From Vicinamibacterales bacterium (GTDB lineage: Bacteria > Acidobacteriota > Vicinamibacteria > Vicinamibacterales > SCN-69-37): a DNA stretch of 42,106 nucleotides. The stretch's first letter is position 1. The number at the start of each line of letters is the position of its first letter. The DNA is taken from contig DASTCC010000354.1 of the NCBI GenBank assembly GCA_035711465.1, forward strand, positions 1 to 42,106, in the 5' to 3' direction. Positions 14,310-23,115 of this stretch are shown here, piece after piece. A program made the translations under genes and the position numbers. Under the pieces are notes generated by a model. That model saw only the letters and a list, made by a program, of their open reading frames with translations, ran no database searches and was not told where the DNA came from.

Positions 14310-17300
14310 TCAGTACGTCAAGTCCGTTTCATGCCTGCTGAGGACGACGCCGAAGACGCCCTGCAGCAGCTCGCCGTGATCGCCGAGCACGTCGAACAAG
14401 TCGTCGTGCGTCAGTCGCAGCGCCCGGCCCGCCGCGGTCACCCGGATGCAGCGTCCGCCGGTCGCGTTCGTGAGCGCTTCGGCCGCGCCCACGGTGGCGC
14501 CCGGCCCGGCGACGACCGGCGGGCGGCCCGGGCGTTCAATCGTGATCTGACCCGAGAGCAGATGATAGATCGCCGGCTCGCGTCTGTCGCCGAGAAGCAC
14601 GTCGCCCGTCGTTATCGGCACCTCCCGGGCGACGGCCGTCAGTTCCTGGAGCTGCGCCACCGACGCATGCGTGAAAATCGGAATCTGCCGCAGGTGCAGC
14701 GTCTTCTCGACGGCGTCGAGGGGGTCCCCGTCGCGCGGCGCCGGCGGCTCGTTCACTTCGTGCCAGTCGAGCTCGACGTTCCGGTTGGCCAGCAGCATCT
14801 GGAACAGGCCCTGGGCGGTCGCGGTGTTGTCGGCCAGCATCGTCAGGAACATCGGCCCGCCGAGCGATAGCGTGACGACCGCGGTCTCGGCATCGAGGCC
14901 AAAGCGCAGCGGGCGCTCCTCGAGCAGCTCGGCGATGTTGAGGACCGCTGGCGAGGCGACGGTCGCCGCGTGCGCGGCATCGCCGGTCAGCCGGCCGTAG
15001 CCGTCGATCAGGAACAGCACCTCGTCGGGCACGACGCCGGCGCGCGAGAGATGCTGGCCGCGCGGGTGGCGCACCTGACGGCCGGCGCCGGCGATGCGGA
15101 AGAGCTCGTCCACCGAGACGCGCCGGAACACGGAGACGTCCTGGAGCCGGCTCGCCAGATCGACGATCGTCAGCGGCATCTCGGCGTCCGCGGCGGCCGG
15201 CTGACGCGAGTGCCGCGCCCAGGCCGCCGCCTCGCGGACGATCGGATCGGTGGTGCGGTGACTGAGGAGGTAATCGAAGTCGTCGTCGAGGCCGGGCACG
15301 CGGGCGACGACGGCGAAGTGGACGGCCGCGGCGGCGACGACCGGGTCGTGCTCGTGGATGAGCTGCGCGACGGTGTCGGTCACGTCGCGGGGACGCGACT
15401 TCAGCAGGCTGTTGGCGTGCGTCACCTTGTCGGCCATCAGCGTGTCTTCGAGGATCGGCATCACCCGCTTGCGGACGGTCCCCTGCAGCACGTTGTCGAG
15501 ATACTCGAGCCCGCGCGCGCGGGTGTTGACGTCGGCGCTCTCGACGGCGACGCGGGCGGCGAGCACGTCGGTCGGCGAGTGGAGCAGGCCGAGCAGACGG
15601 TAGATGCGATCGAGCGCCCGCTCCAGCTTCTCGTCGAGGGCGCGCAGGAAGAGCGATTGCCGCGCCGTGTGCCCGGCGGTGACGAGGTTGAAGCGCAGCG
15701 TCAGGTAGGTGTAGTAGCCGCCGGTTTCCCTGATCAGCCGCGCTTCGATCGCCTCGGCCGGCAGCGTCAGCTCCGGATTCGAGCGCCGCATCGTCTCGAT
15801 GGCGGTGATGATCTTGAAGCGGAGGAAGCCGTCGGGATCGCCGAGCGCGCCGACGAGCACGTCCATGGCGCGCTGCGACGGCATCCGCGCCAGCGTCGCC
15901 GGGATGTGACGCCGGACCCAGATGGGCTCGTGCGGATCGTGCAGGAAGTGATCGAGCGCCTCGACGATCGACGTGCCGTAGCCGATCAGCGCCTCGCGGG
16001 CCTCGCGCTTGAGCTCGCGGTGACCGAGCAGCGAGACCAGCGCCGGCACGAACAGCGCGTCGCTGACGCCGATGGCGCGGGCGCTGGCGATCGCTTCGCG
16101 CGCGACGTCGACGTCCGGGTCGTGGATGAGCGGGATCAGCATCGAGCCGAACGCCGGATTCTGGACCCGCGCCAGCGCCGCGGCGACGTCGCGCCGTGCC
16201 GCGGCGTTGGCGTGCCGGGTGTCGGCGGCGAAGCGTGACAGCGTGCGCTCGGCGGCGGCGACGTCGGCGTCGCGTCCGGAATCGGCGAGCTCGGCGGCCG
16301 CCGACACCGCGACGCGCGGCTCGGGGTCGGCGAGGAACCGCCGCATCCGGCTCGCGCCTTCGTCCTGGCCGGCGGCCGCGACCAGGGCGCGGACCGCGGC
16401 GGCGCGCACGTCGGCATCGGGATCGCCGAGCAGCTTCTGCGCGGCCGGCAGCCACGGCGCCGTCGACGTCGCGTCGGCGGCGAGCACATTGAGGACGCGG
16501 GCGCGCACGCGCGGCGAGCCGTGATGCAGCAGCAGCGAAGAGATCCGATTGCGCTTGCCGAGCGTCTCGAGCATGTCGATCGCGTAGAGCACCGTGCCCT
16601 CGTCGGGCCGCGACAGGTGATCGACGAGGACGTCGAGCGTGGCGGCGTCGCCGACCTCGAAGCGGACGTCGAACGGCGTCAGGTCGTGCGCCTCGAGGCT
16701 GCGCCGGAACGAGCGCAGGTACTCGCGCCGCGCGACCAGCGCAAACCAGATCCAGCCGACCATGACGATCAGGCTCGCGTAGCTGATTTGCTTCCAATCG
16801 AGCCCCAGGCCCCACGGTTTGATCAGCGCCAGCAGCACCACCGCGCCCACCGCTTTGGCAAAGCGATCGACGGTGACGTCGATGAACGGCTTGGCGCGGT
16901 ACTTGATGTCGCCGGGCAGCGGCAGGAACAGCACCTCGCGCGTCGTCTTGTCGATGGTGTAGCGGAGCGACGAGTCGAGCACGCGCGCGGCGCCTGGCGC
17001 CCAGAGGGCGCCGGAGAGCAGGATCACCGCCGCGGTGCCGCCGAGCGTGACCGGGAGGAGCAACAGCGCGAACACCAGCCCGAACGATCGGTGGATGCGG
17101 CTGGTCAGCCCGATCTGCACGACGAAGCCGAACAGCGACAGGTAGACGGTGATCTGGGCGAGGAACTTGGCGATTTCCTCGGCCGATTGGCGGTTGGCGT
17201 CGGCGGCCATGTTGAGCTGCTGCTCGACGAAGACCGCGCCGATCGCGGCAAAGGCGATGACGAGCGCAATCACCTGCAGGTGCCGCGACTGGCGCAGCAG

Positions 17301-17954
17301 CTGGACCGCTTCGGTGGCGCCGACGCCGTGCTCTTCGATGGCGAGCGCAAACGCGCTCGACGGCGGCTGCCGCCGGATCACCAGGATCGCGACGGCGACG
17401 CACATCAGCAGGATCGTCGCGCTTACCGGCAGCAGGTTGCCGATGCCGACGCGCTCGACCAGGAACGTCGTGATCGCCGCGCCGGTGGCGCCGCCGAGGC
17501 TCGCGCCGGCGCCGATGAAGCCGAAGATGCGGCGCGCTTGACGCGGATCGTAGATGTCGTTGGCGAGCGTCCAGAACTGGCTGATCAGCAGCAGCCCGAG
17601 CATCAGCCCGAAGACGTAGAACGCCACCGACACCCAGGTGTCGTCGCTCCCGAAGAGCGGCCAGAATGCCAGCAGGATCGCGGCGAGCGTCGTCTGCGTG
17701 ATCGGGATCACCCAGCGGCGCGGCAGCCGCGTGATCGCCTGAATGTAGACGTGTATCAGCAGGCCGATGCAGACCCCGGCTGCCAGCTGCACGTACGGCA
17801 GGTTATCCGAGCCGAGATGGTCGATGAACTTCGATCGCGTGATCGGCTTGAGGATGTTGTACGACGTCATCGCCAGGAAGGAGTAGGCGAACATCAGGGC
17901 GGCAGTCACGCCCTCGCCCGTCCGAAGGGCGACGATCCGATCCAGACGACTCAT
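14310..17954 (-). CDS. 1214-aa fusion: TLC/Npt-like (ATP:ADP antiporter family) 12-TM permease, HEAT repeats and two cyclic-nucleotide-binding domains
   Basis: The N-terminus MFAYSFLAMTSYNILKPITRSKFIDHLGSDNLPYVQLA and its many TM segments resemble Npt1/Npt2 transporters. The middle carries repeated DPDADVRAAAVRAL / DPEPRVAVSAAAEL / DPDVDVAREAIAS HEAT-like units. The C-terminus has two cNMP-like domains (VSVFRRVSVDELFRIA... and IPIFTHASVAQLQELT...). Confidence 0.8.
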   Translation of the reverse strand: MSRLDRIVALRTGEGVTAALMFAYSFLAMTSYNILKPITRSKFIDHLGSDNLPYVQLAAGVCIGLLIHVYIQAITRLPRRWVIPITQTTLAAILLAFWPLFGSDDTWVSVAFYVFGLMLGLLLISQFWTLANDIYDPRQARRIFGFIGAGASLGGATGAAITTFLVERVGIGNLLPVSATILLMCVAVAILVIRRQPPSSAFALAIEEHGVGATEAVQLLRQSRHLQVIALVIAFAAIGAVFVEQQLNMAADANRQSAEEIAKFLAQITVYLSLFGFVVQIGLTSRIHRSFGLVFALLLLPVTLGGTAAVILLSGALWAPGAARVLDSSLRYTIDKTTREVLFLPLPGDIKYRAKPFIDVTVDRFAKAVGAVVLLALIKPWGLGLDWKQISYASLIVMVGWIWFALVARREYLRSFRRSLEAHDLTPFDVRFEVGDAATLDVLVDHLSRPDEGTVLYAIDMLETLGKRNRISSLLLHHGSPRVRARVLNVLAADATSTAPWLPAAQKLLGDPDADVRAAAVRALVAAAGQDEGASRMRRFLADPEPRVAVSAAAELADSGRDADVAAAERTLSRFAADTRHANAAARRDVAAALARVQNPAFGSMLIPLIHDPDVDVAREAIASARAIGVSDALFVPALVSLLGHRELKREAREALIGYGTSIVEALDHFLHDPHEPIWVRRHIPATLARMPSQRAMDVLVGALGDPDGFLRFKIITAIETMRRSNPELTLPAEAIEARLIRETGGYYTYLTLRFNLVTAGHTARQSLFLRALDEKLERALDRIYRLLGLLHSPTDVLAARVAVESADVNTRARGLEYLDNVLQGTVRKRVMPILEDTLMADKVTHANSLLKSRPRDVTDTVAQLIHEHDPVVAAAAVHFAVVARVPGLDDDFDYLLSHRTTDPIVREAAAWARHSRQPAAADAEMPLTIVDLASRLQDVSVFRRVSVDELFRIAGAGRQVRHPRGQHLSRAGVVPDEVLFLIDGYGRLTGDAAHAATVASPAVLNIAELLEERPLRFGLDAETAVVTLSLGGPMFLTMLADNTATAQGLFQMLLANRNVELDWHEVNEPPAPRDGDPLDAVEKTLHLRQIPIFTHASVAQLQELTAVAREVPITTGDVLLGDRREPAIYHLLSGQITIERPGRPPVVAGPGATVGAAEALTNATGGRCIRVTAAGRALRLTHDDLFDVLGDHGELLQGVFGVVLSRHETDLTY

Positions 17955-17990
17955 GAAGCCGCGCCGATGTTAGCAGCCTGCCGGCTGCTG

Positions 17991-18031
17991 GCTGCGGGCT
18001 GCGGGCGGCGGGCTACAGGCGCCGCCCGCAG
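17991..18031. repeat. GCTGCGG heptad repeats containing a perfect 11-bp hairpin (CTGCGGGCGGC / GCCGCCCGCAG)
   Basis: 17999-18009 is the reverse complement of 18021-18031. The word is the reverse complement of the 8424-8486 heptad. It lies in the divergent intergenic region 17955-18082. Confidence 0.8.
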
Positions 18032-18047
18032 CGCCGCCTAGCAAGCA

Positions 18048-18076
18048 TTGCGGTCTACCTTGCAATACGATATAGT
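18048..18076 (+). promoter_or_regulatory. Candidate sigma-70-type promoter TTGCGG-N17-TATAGT for a leaderless padR transcript
   Basis: TATAGT (18071-18076) ends 6 nt before the GTG start at 18083, and no SD is present. An imperfect inverted repeat GCATTGC...GCAATAC spans the -35 region and could be a PadR operator. Confidence 0.35.
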
Positions 18077-18082
18077 GAGCGT

Positions 18083-18412
18083 GTGACGTGGCTCACTCAG
18101 TTGCGCAAGGGCGCCCTCGAGCTCGCGGTGCTCAACGCGATCGATGGCGATCGCCTGTACGGCTACGACATCGTCCGCCGTCTCAGGCAGCACGATGGGC
18201 TGGTGATGAGCGAGGGCACCGTCTATCCGATCCTCAGCCGGCTGAAATCCGAGGGGCTGCTGCGGACGACCATCGAGGAATCGCCCGACGGCCCGGCGCG
18301 GAAGTACTACGAGATGACCGCGGCGGGCCGGAAGCAGCTGGAGCAGATGAACGCCGACTGGCAGCGTCTCGTCAATAGCCTCGACGCGCTGCGTCAGGCA
18401 GGTGTGCGATGA
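18083..18412 (+). CDS. PadR-family transcriptional regulator
   Basis: It has a typical PadR winged helix: LELAVLNAI...LYGYDIVRRL...SEGTVYPILSRLKSEGLL...PARKYYEMTAAGRKQL. Confidence 0.9.
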   Translation: MTWLTQLRKGALELAVLNAIDGDRLYGYDIVRRLRQHDGLVMSEGTVYPILSRLKSEGLLRTTIEESPDGPARKYYEMTAAGRKQLEQMNADWQRLVNSLDALRQAGVR

Positions 18413-19134
18413 ACTGGACGCCCGAGGCTTCCGCACGGTTCGAGTCGTACAAGGGTCGCGTTCGGCTGGCGGTTGCCGGCAATCCAGGCGTCGATGCCGA
18501 TGACGTGCTGCAGGACATTCAGGCGCACGTCCAGGCCGAGCTTGGCGCGAGCGGCGAGCCGATCACCGTCGGCGCGCTCGACCGCGTGCTCGACGGTCTT
18601 GGCAGTCCCGCGCAGTGGGACGCGGTCGACGCGCCATCGTCCACTTCGTCCACCACGAGCTTTCGCGACTGGGTCCGTCGATCGACGACGTTGTGGTACC
18701 AGCGGCTCTCGGGCGACTGGGGCGGACCGGTCCTGCTTGCCGTGTTGACGGCGATCGCGCTCAACTCGTTCGGCACGATTGGTCTGCCGCTGCTCGCTCT
18801 CTGCTACGTCATCGGGCGCGGCATGCTCGTCCGGCGCACGGACCTCACCGGTCCGCCGCGCTGGCTGGCCGCGGCGCCGGTCGTTGCGGCCTCCGCGCTG
18901 CTCATCGGCGCCGTCGTCATGTTCCCGATTCTCATCGGTGGCAGCGGGCGGCGCGTGCCGCTGATGCCGCTCGGCTTCTGGTGGATCCTGCTGGGCTACG
19001 CGGTGGCCCGGGAACCGCGGCCGGTACGTGCGGCGCTCTATCCGCTCGCCGAATGGTTCGAGCCGACGCACGGTCGGCTGCTGGCGGCCCTCGGCGTCGC
19101 GATACTTGTACTCGGCATCGTCAGCTGGTGGTAG
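18409..19134 (+). CDS. PadR-associated membrane protein with a DUF1700/HAAS-like N-terminal domain
   Basis: Its start forms an ATGA overlap with the padR stop. The N-terminus (ARFESYKGRVRLAV...DDVLQDIQAHVQAEL...LDGLGSPAQW) resembles DUF1700 and is followed by several TM helices. Confidence 0.7.
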   Translation: MNWTPEASARFESYKGRVRLAVAGNPGVDADDVLQDIQAHVQAELGASGEPITVGALDRVLDGLGSPAQWDAVDAPSSTSSTTSFRDWVRRSTTLWYQRLSGDWGGPVLLAVLTAIALNSFGTIGLPLLALCYVIGRGMLVRRTDLTGPPRWLAAAPVVAASALLIGAVVMFPILIGGSGRRVPLMPLGFWWILLGYAVAREPRPVRAALYPLAEWFEPTHGRLLAALGVAILVLGIVSWW

Positions 19135-19209
19135 CCACGCGGCGCGCCGCCTGAATGCGCTCGGCGGTCGTCCCGCCGCTCCGGTAGAATCCCCGGACCG
19201 GAGTCGCTT

Positions 19210-20187
19210 ATGTCTGCTCGAACCCTGCTATGCGTCGGTGTGCTGTCCCTCCTTGTGTCGCCAATCGCGGCGCGTGCGGTCGTGGCGCACTTTGCTCAGA
19301 GTGCTGCGCAAATCGTCCGCACCGGCGATCCCGTTAAGCGCGGCTACACCGAGGCGGACTTTCCGCGCGTGCAGAAACTCGCCGAGGGCGTGTACTCGTA
19401 CGAAGCGCTGCGTTCGGCCGGCCCCGAGCGGTTCACGACCGTAAGCTTGTTCGTCGTGACGCCGGCCGGCGTGCTGGTGGCCGACGGGCAGGGCAGCGTC
19501 GCCGAGACCACGAAGATGATCGAGGCGATCGCGAAGGTCACCGATCGGCCGATCACGCACCTCGTCATCGGATCCGATCACGGCGATCACACCGCCGGCA
19601 ACTCGGTGTTTCCGACCGCGATCACGACCTACGTCCATCCGGCGTCGAAGGCGACGCTCGACGGCGGGGGACGATCGAACGCGCCGGGCCCGGTCGCGGC
19701 GCTGCCCGGCAAGGTCGAGGTGGTGAGCGACCGGACGACGATCGCGCTCGGTGGACGTGAGATCCATGTGCTGTTTCTCGGCCGCGCCCACACGGGCGGC
19801 GATCTCAGCGTCTATCTGCCGGACGAGAAGATTCTGTTCATGAGCGAGGCATATCTGAATCGCATCTTCCCGGCGATGCGATCGGCATATCCGTCCGAAT
19901 GGGTGGCGACGATCGAACGCGCGCAGAAGCTCGGCGCCGACGTCTACGTTCCGGGGCACGGGTTCGTCGAGACGCCGGCAATCCTGAAGGAAGAGCTCGA
20001 GACATTCCGTCAGGCGCTGGTCACCGTCATCGGCGAAGCCAGGCGCTTGCGCGCCGCCGGGCTCTCGGCCGACGCCGCCGCGAAAGAGGCGAAGTTCGGC
20101 GACCTCGAGTCCTGGTCGTTGCGCGGCAGCCAGGGCGCGACCGCGATTCGGCGCGTGTATCTGGAGTTGGAGGGGACGTTGAAGTGA
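19210..20187 (+). CDS. Exported metallo-beta-lactamase-fold hydrolase
   Basis: It has a signal peptide. TAGAAT (19185-19190) and GGAG lie upstream. Motifs are GSDHGDHTAGN (an HxHxDH variant), GRAHTGGDLSVYLP and YVPGHG. Confidence 0.85.
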   Translation: MSARTLLCVGVLSLLVSPIAARAVVAHFAQSAAQIVRTGDPVKRGYTEADFPRVQKLAEGVYSYEALRSAGPERFTTVSLFVVTPAGVLVADGQGSVAETTKMIEAIAKVTDRPITHLVIGSDHGDHTAGNSVFPTAITTYVHPASKATLDGGGRSNAPGPVAALPGKVEVVSDRTTIALGGREIHVLFLGRAHTGGDLSVYLPDEKILFMSEAYLNRIFPAMRSAYPSEWVATIERAQKLGADVYVPGHGFVETPAILKEELETFRQALVTVIGEARRLRAAGLSADAAAKEAKFGDLESWSLRGSQGATAIRRVYLELEGTLK

Positions 20188-20238
20188 GGCTTGGAGGCTT
20201 GGGGCTTGAAGGCGTGGAGCCTCAAGCCTTCAAGCCTC
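20186..20238. terminator. 20-bp-stem hairpin between convergent genes, embedding both stop codons
   Basis: 20186-20205 (gaggcttggaggcttggggc) pairs with 20219-20238 (gcctcaagccttcaagcctc). The two non-Watson-Crick positions are G-U in the plus-strand RNA but C-A in the minus-strand RNA. It is built from the GGCTTGRAGGC word. Confidence 0.6.
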
Positions 20239-21733
20239 AGCGTCCGCCCAACCTGCTCCGCCTGTACCCGTAGAAGAAGTAGATCGCGATGCCGATGAGC
20301 AGCCAGATGCCGAACCGTTCCCAGGCCTGCGTCGGCAGGCCCTTCATCACATAAAGGCACGCGCCCGCGCCCGCCAGCGACACCGCCCACAGGAACGGCA
20401 CGCGGAACGGCCGCTCGCGGCCCGGATCGCGGTAACGCAGCACCAGGACGCCGATACAGACGATCGCGAACGCCGACAGCGTGCCGATGTTCGTCAGATC
20501 GTAGATTTCGTTCTCGTCCGCCACCAGACTGCCGAGCGCGACGACGATGCCGGTGACGACGGTGGTGATGTGCGGCGTCCGGTACTTCGGATGGATCTTC
20601 GACGCCCACGCCGGGAGCAGGCCGTCGCGCGCCATCGCGAAGAAGATGCGCGGCTGGCCGTACTGGAAGACGAGCAGCACGGCGGTGAGCGAGATGACGG
20701 CGCCGAAGGCGACGAACCATCCGGCGATGGGCAACCCCGCCACCTCGAGCGCCCGCGCCAGCGGGTCAGCGGCGCGCAGCTGTTGGTACGGCACCAGCCC
20801 GGTGGCGACGATGCCGACGATGACGTAGATGACGGTGCAAATCGCGAGGCCGCCGAGGATGCCGATCGGCATGTTGCGCTGCGGGTTCTTCGTCTCCTCG
20901 GCGGCGGTCGAGATCGCGTCGAAGCCGATGTAGGCGAAGAACACGATCGCCGCGCCCTCGTGGATGCCGCGCCAGCCGTTCGGCGCGAACGGCGTGAAGT
21001 TGTCCATGTTGATGTGCGTCGCGCCGAGGACGACGAAGAAGCCGAGCACCAGCAGCTTGACCACGACCATCGCGTTGTTGGCGCGGGCGCTCTCGCGGAC
21101 GCCGATGTAGAGCAATGCCGTGATCGCCAGCACGATCAGCGCCGCCGGGATGTTGAGGAGGATCGGGATGCCGGCGATGCGCGGCGCCGTCTCGAGCAGC
21201 GCGTGGATCTCCGGATTCGAGCTGAGCAGCGCCGTCCGGTAGCCGTGGGTCAGGTAGTCGGGCAGGGTGATGCCGAAGCCGGAGAGCAGCGAGGTGAAAT
21301 AGCCGCTCCAGGCGATCGCCACCGCGATGTTGCCGATCGCGTACTCGAGGATCAGATCCCAGCCGATGATCCAGGCGATGAACTCGCCGAGCGTCGCGTA
21401 CGAGTAGGCGTAGGCGCTGCCGGCCTGCGGAATCATCGCCGCCAGCTCCGCGTAGCAGAGGCCGGCCAGCGCGCAGACCGCGCCGAGCAGCACGAACGAG
21501 AGCACGAGCGCCGGGCCGGCGCCGTAGCGCACGACCTCGCCCGACGGCAGCACTTCGCCGGCCGCCGCCGTGCCGATCGACGAGAAGATGCCGGCGCCGA
21601 TGACGGCGCCGATCGCGAGCATCACGAGATCGCCGGCCCCGAGGACCCGTTTGAGGCCGTGCTCGCCGCCTTCGGATTCGCGGACGAGCGCGTCGACCGG
21701 CTTCAGTCTGAACAGAGACCGCGACCCCGCCAT
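20237..21733 (-). CDS. APC-superfamily amino acid permease (cationic amino acid transporter-like)
   Basis: It is 498 aa with about 12-13 TM segments. The N-terminus LKRVLGAGDLVMLAIGAVIGAGIF and the motif FFAYIGFDAISTAAEETKNPQRNMP are typical. Confidence 0.9.
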   Translation of the reverse strand: MAGSRSLFRLKPVDALVRESEGGEHGLKRVLGAGDLVMLAIGAVIGAGIFSSIGTAAAGEVLPSGEVVRYGAGPALVLSFVLLGAVCALAGLCYAELAAMIPQAGSAYAYSYATLGEFIAWIIGWDLILEYAIGNIAVAIAWSGYFTSLLSGFGITLPDYLTHGYRTALLSSNPEIHALLETAPRIAGIPILLNIPAALIVLAITALLYIGVRESARANNAMVVVKLLVLGFFVVLGATHINMDNFTPFAPNGWRGIHEGAAIVFFAYIGFDAISTAAEETKNPQRNMPIGILGGLAICTVIYVIVGIVATGLVPYQQLRAADPLARALEVAGLPIAGWFVAFGAVISLTAVLLVFQYGQPRIFFAMARDGLLPAWASKIHPKYRTPHITTVVTGIVVALGSLVADENEIYDLTNIGTLSAFAIVCIGVLVLRYRDPGRERPFRVPFLWAVSLAGAGACLYVMKGLPTQAWERFGIWLLIGIAIYFFYGYRRSRLGGR

Positions 21734-23040
21734 CGTGCTCCTGATTCCGGACGCGCCGCTGGTCGCGCGTCGCCGAAAAGTGCGACCAGCCTAGACGCCC
21801 GGTGATCGGGAGTCAACCGGCCGACGCGCGGCGCGCGCGGCGCGCGCACGCCGAACGCGATGTTCTCCCGCGTCCGCAGGTTTCGCGGCGGCGCGATGAA
21901 TTGCGGATCGGCGCCGTAGACGCCGTCGCGCTCCGCCGACGGCAGCGACAGCCGGCTGCGGCCCGGATCGTCGGCGCGGAACCACCAGTTGTGCGCGAAC
22001 GTGAAGCTGGCCGCGTGGGTGCCGTCGCCGACGTTGATCATCTGATCGCCGCGCCAGTAGACGATGTTGTCTCTGAACGTGCCGTTGCGGCAGGCCGTGA
22101 CGCCCGGCCCGGCCTGTTCCTGCAGGATCCGGATCGGCCATTTCGTCGGCAGATAAATGGTGTTGAAGCGTACCGCGCCGCCGTCCGAGCCGACGAACGC
22201 CACGGCCGCTTCGCTGCCGATGATGACGTTGTCCTCGACGATCACATCGCGCGCTTCGGCCGCGGCCGGCGGCTGGGGCCGGAAGAACTGCCGGCCGGTG
22301 CTGCCGCCAATCTGCACCGCGCGCGACGACGCGTGCTCGAACGTGTTGCCGCTGATCGTGATCGCGCTGCTGCCGCCCTTGGCCTCGATGCCGTTGCCGA
22401 ATTCGATCCCGGGCCTGTGCCGGAACACGCTGCCGCGGATCACGCCGCGGTGGCAGCCGATCATGTCCACGGCCGATCCGCCGGCGCCCCAGCGTTCGAT
22501 GCGCGAGTCCTCGATGACGAAGTCGGTGACCCCCGAGAGCTTGATCCCGTCGTGGTTGCCTTCGGGGAGATCGAAGACGCTGACGCGGCTGATGCGGATG
22601 TGTGCCGACGGCGTCGCGAACGTCTCGCCGTCGTCGATGTTGATCCCGTTGTCCCGGGCGCCGCGGAAGGTCAGGTCGGACAACGTCACGTAGCGCGCAT
22701 CCGAGAGCTGCAGACCGGTTGGACCGCCCTCGAACACGGGCGGGCTGGCCGCGTCCAGCGCGCGAATCACGATCGGCGCGGCCGCGGTCCCGGCAAGGCC
22801 CGCGCGGTAGGCGCCGCCGGCGTAGACGCCGGGCGCAATCGCGATCGTCGTGCCCGGTCCGGCCGCCGACAAGGCGGCGTGAAACGCTGCCGTCGTCCTG
22901 ACCACGACCGTTCGCGGCGCGGCGACGCCGCGCTGGCCGGATGTCGACGCGGACTGCCCGTTCGCCGCCAGGGACGAGATCAACGCGGCGGTGACGATGA
23001 GCCTGCGTGGCGTCAGCGCCGCCCTCGGCGAGCCTCTCAT
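21703..23040 (-). CDS. Exported right-handed parallel beta-helix repeat protein (pectate-lyase-fold)
   Basis: It has a signal peptide and repeated beta-helix turns (NGINIDD, HDGIKLSG, IEDSRIE, SAVDMIG, NGIEAKG, ITISGNTF, VIVEDNVI). Its 3' end overlaps the permease start by 31 nt. Confidence 0.75.
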   Translation of the reverse strand: MRGSPRAALTPRRLIVTAALISSLAANGQSASTSGQRGVAAPRTVVVRTTAAFHAALSAAGPGTTIAIAPGVYAGGAYRAGLAGTAAAPIVIRALDAASPPVFEGGPTGLQLSDARYVTLSDLTFRGARDNGINIDDGETFATPSAHIRISRVSVFDLPEGNHDGIKLSGVTDFVIEDSRIERWGAGGSAVDMIGCHRGVIRGSVFRHRPGIEFGNGIEAKGGSSAITISGNTFEHASSRAVQIGGSTGRQFFRPQPPAAAEARDVIVEDNVIIGSEAAVAFVGSDGGAVRFNTIYLPTKWPIRILQEQAGPGVTACRNGTFRDNIVYWRGDQMINVGDGTHAASFTFAHNWWFRADDPGRSRLSLPSAERDGVYGADPQFIAPPRNLRTRENIAFGVRAPRAPRVGRLTPDHRASRLVALFGDARPAARPESGARWRGRGLCSD

Positions 23041-23115
23041 GGCTGTCGAAATATGTCACACACCCGTCATCGCCGGATCGATCGGTGCGTCGGCGCGCGG
23101 CTACAATGCACGGCC

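Noticed and set aside
21802-23115. The 5' 438 codons of the 1215-aa plus-strand ORF
   Set aside because: This part is antisense to the beta-helix gene and shows no family similarity. 5'-nucleotidase similarity, a lipoprotein signal and a TACAAT box all begin at ATG 23116.
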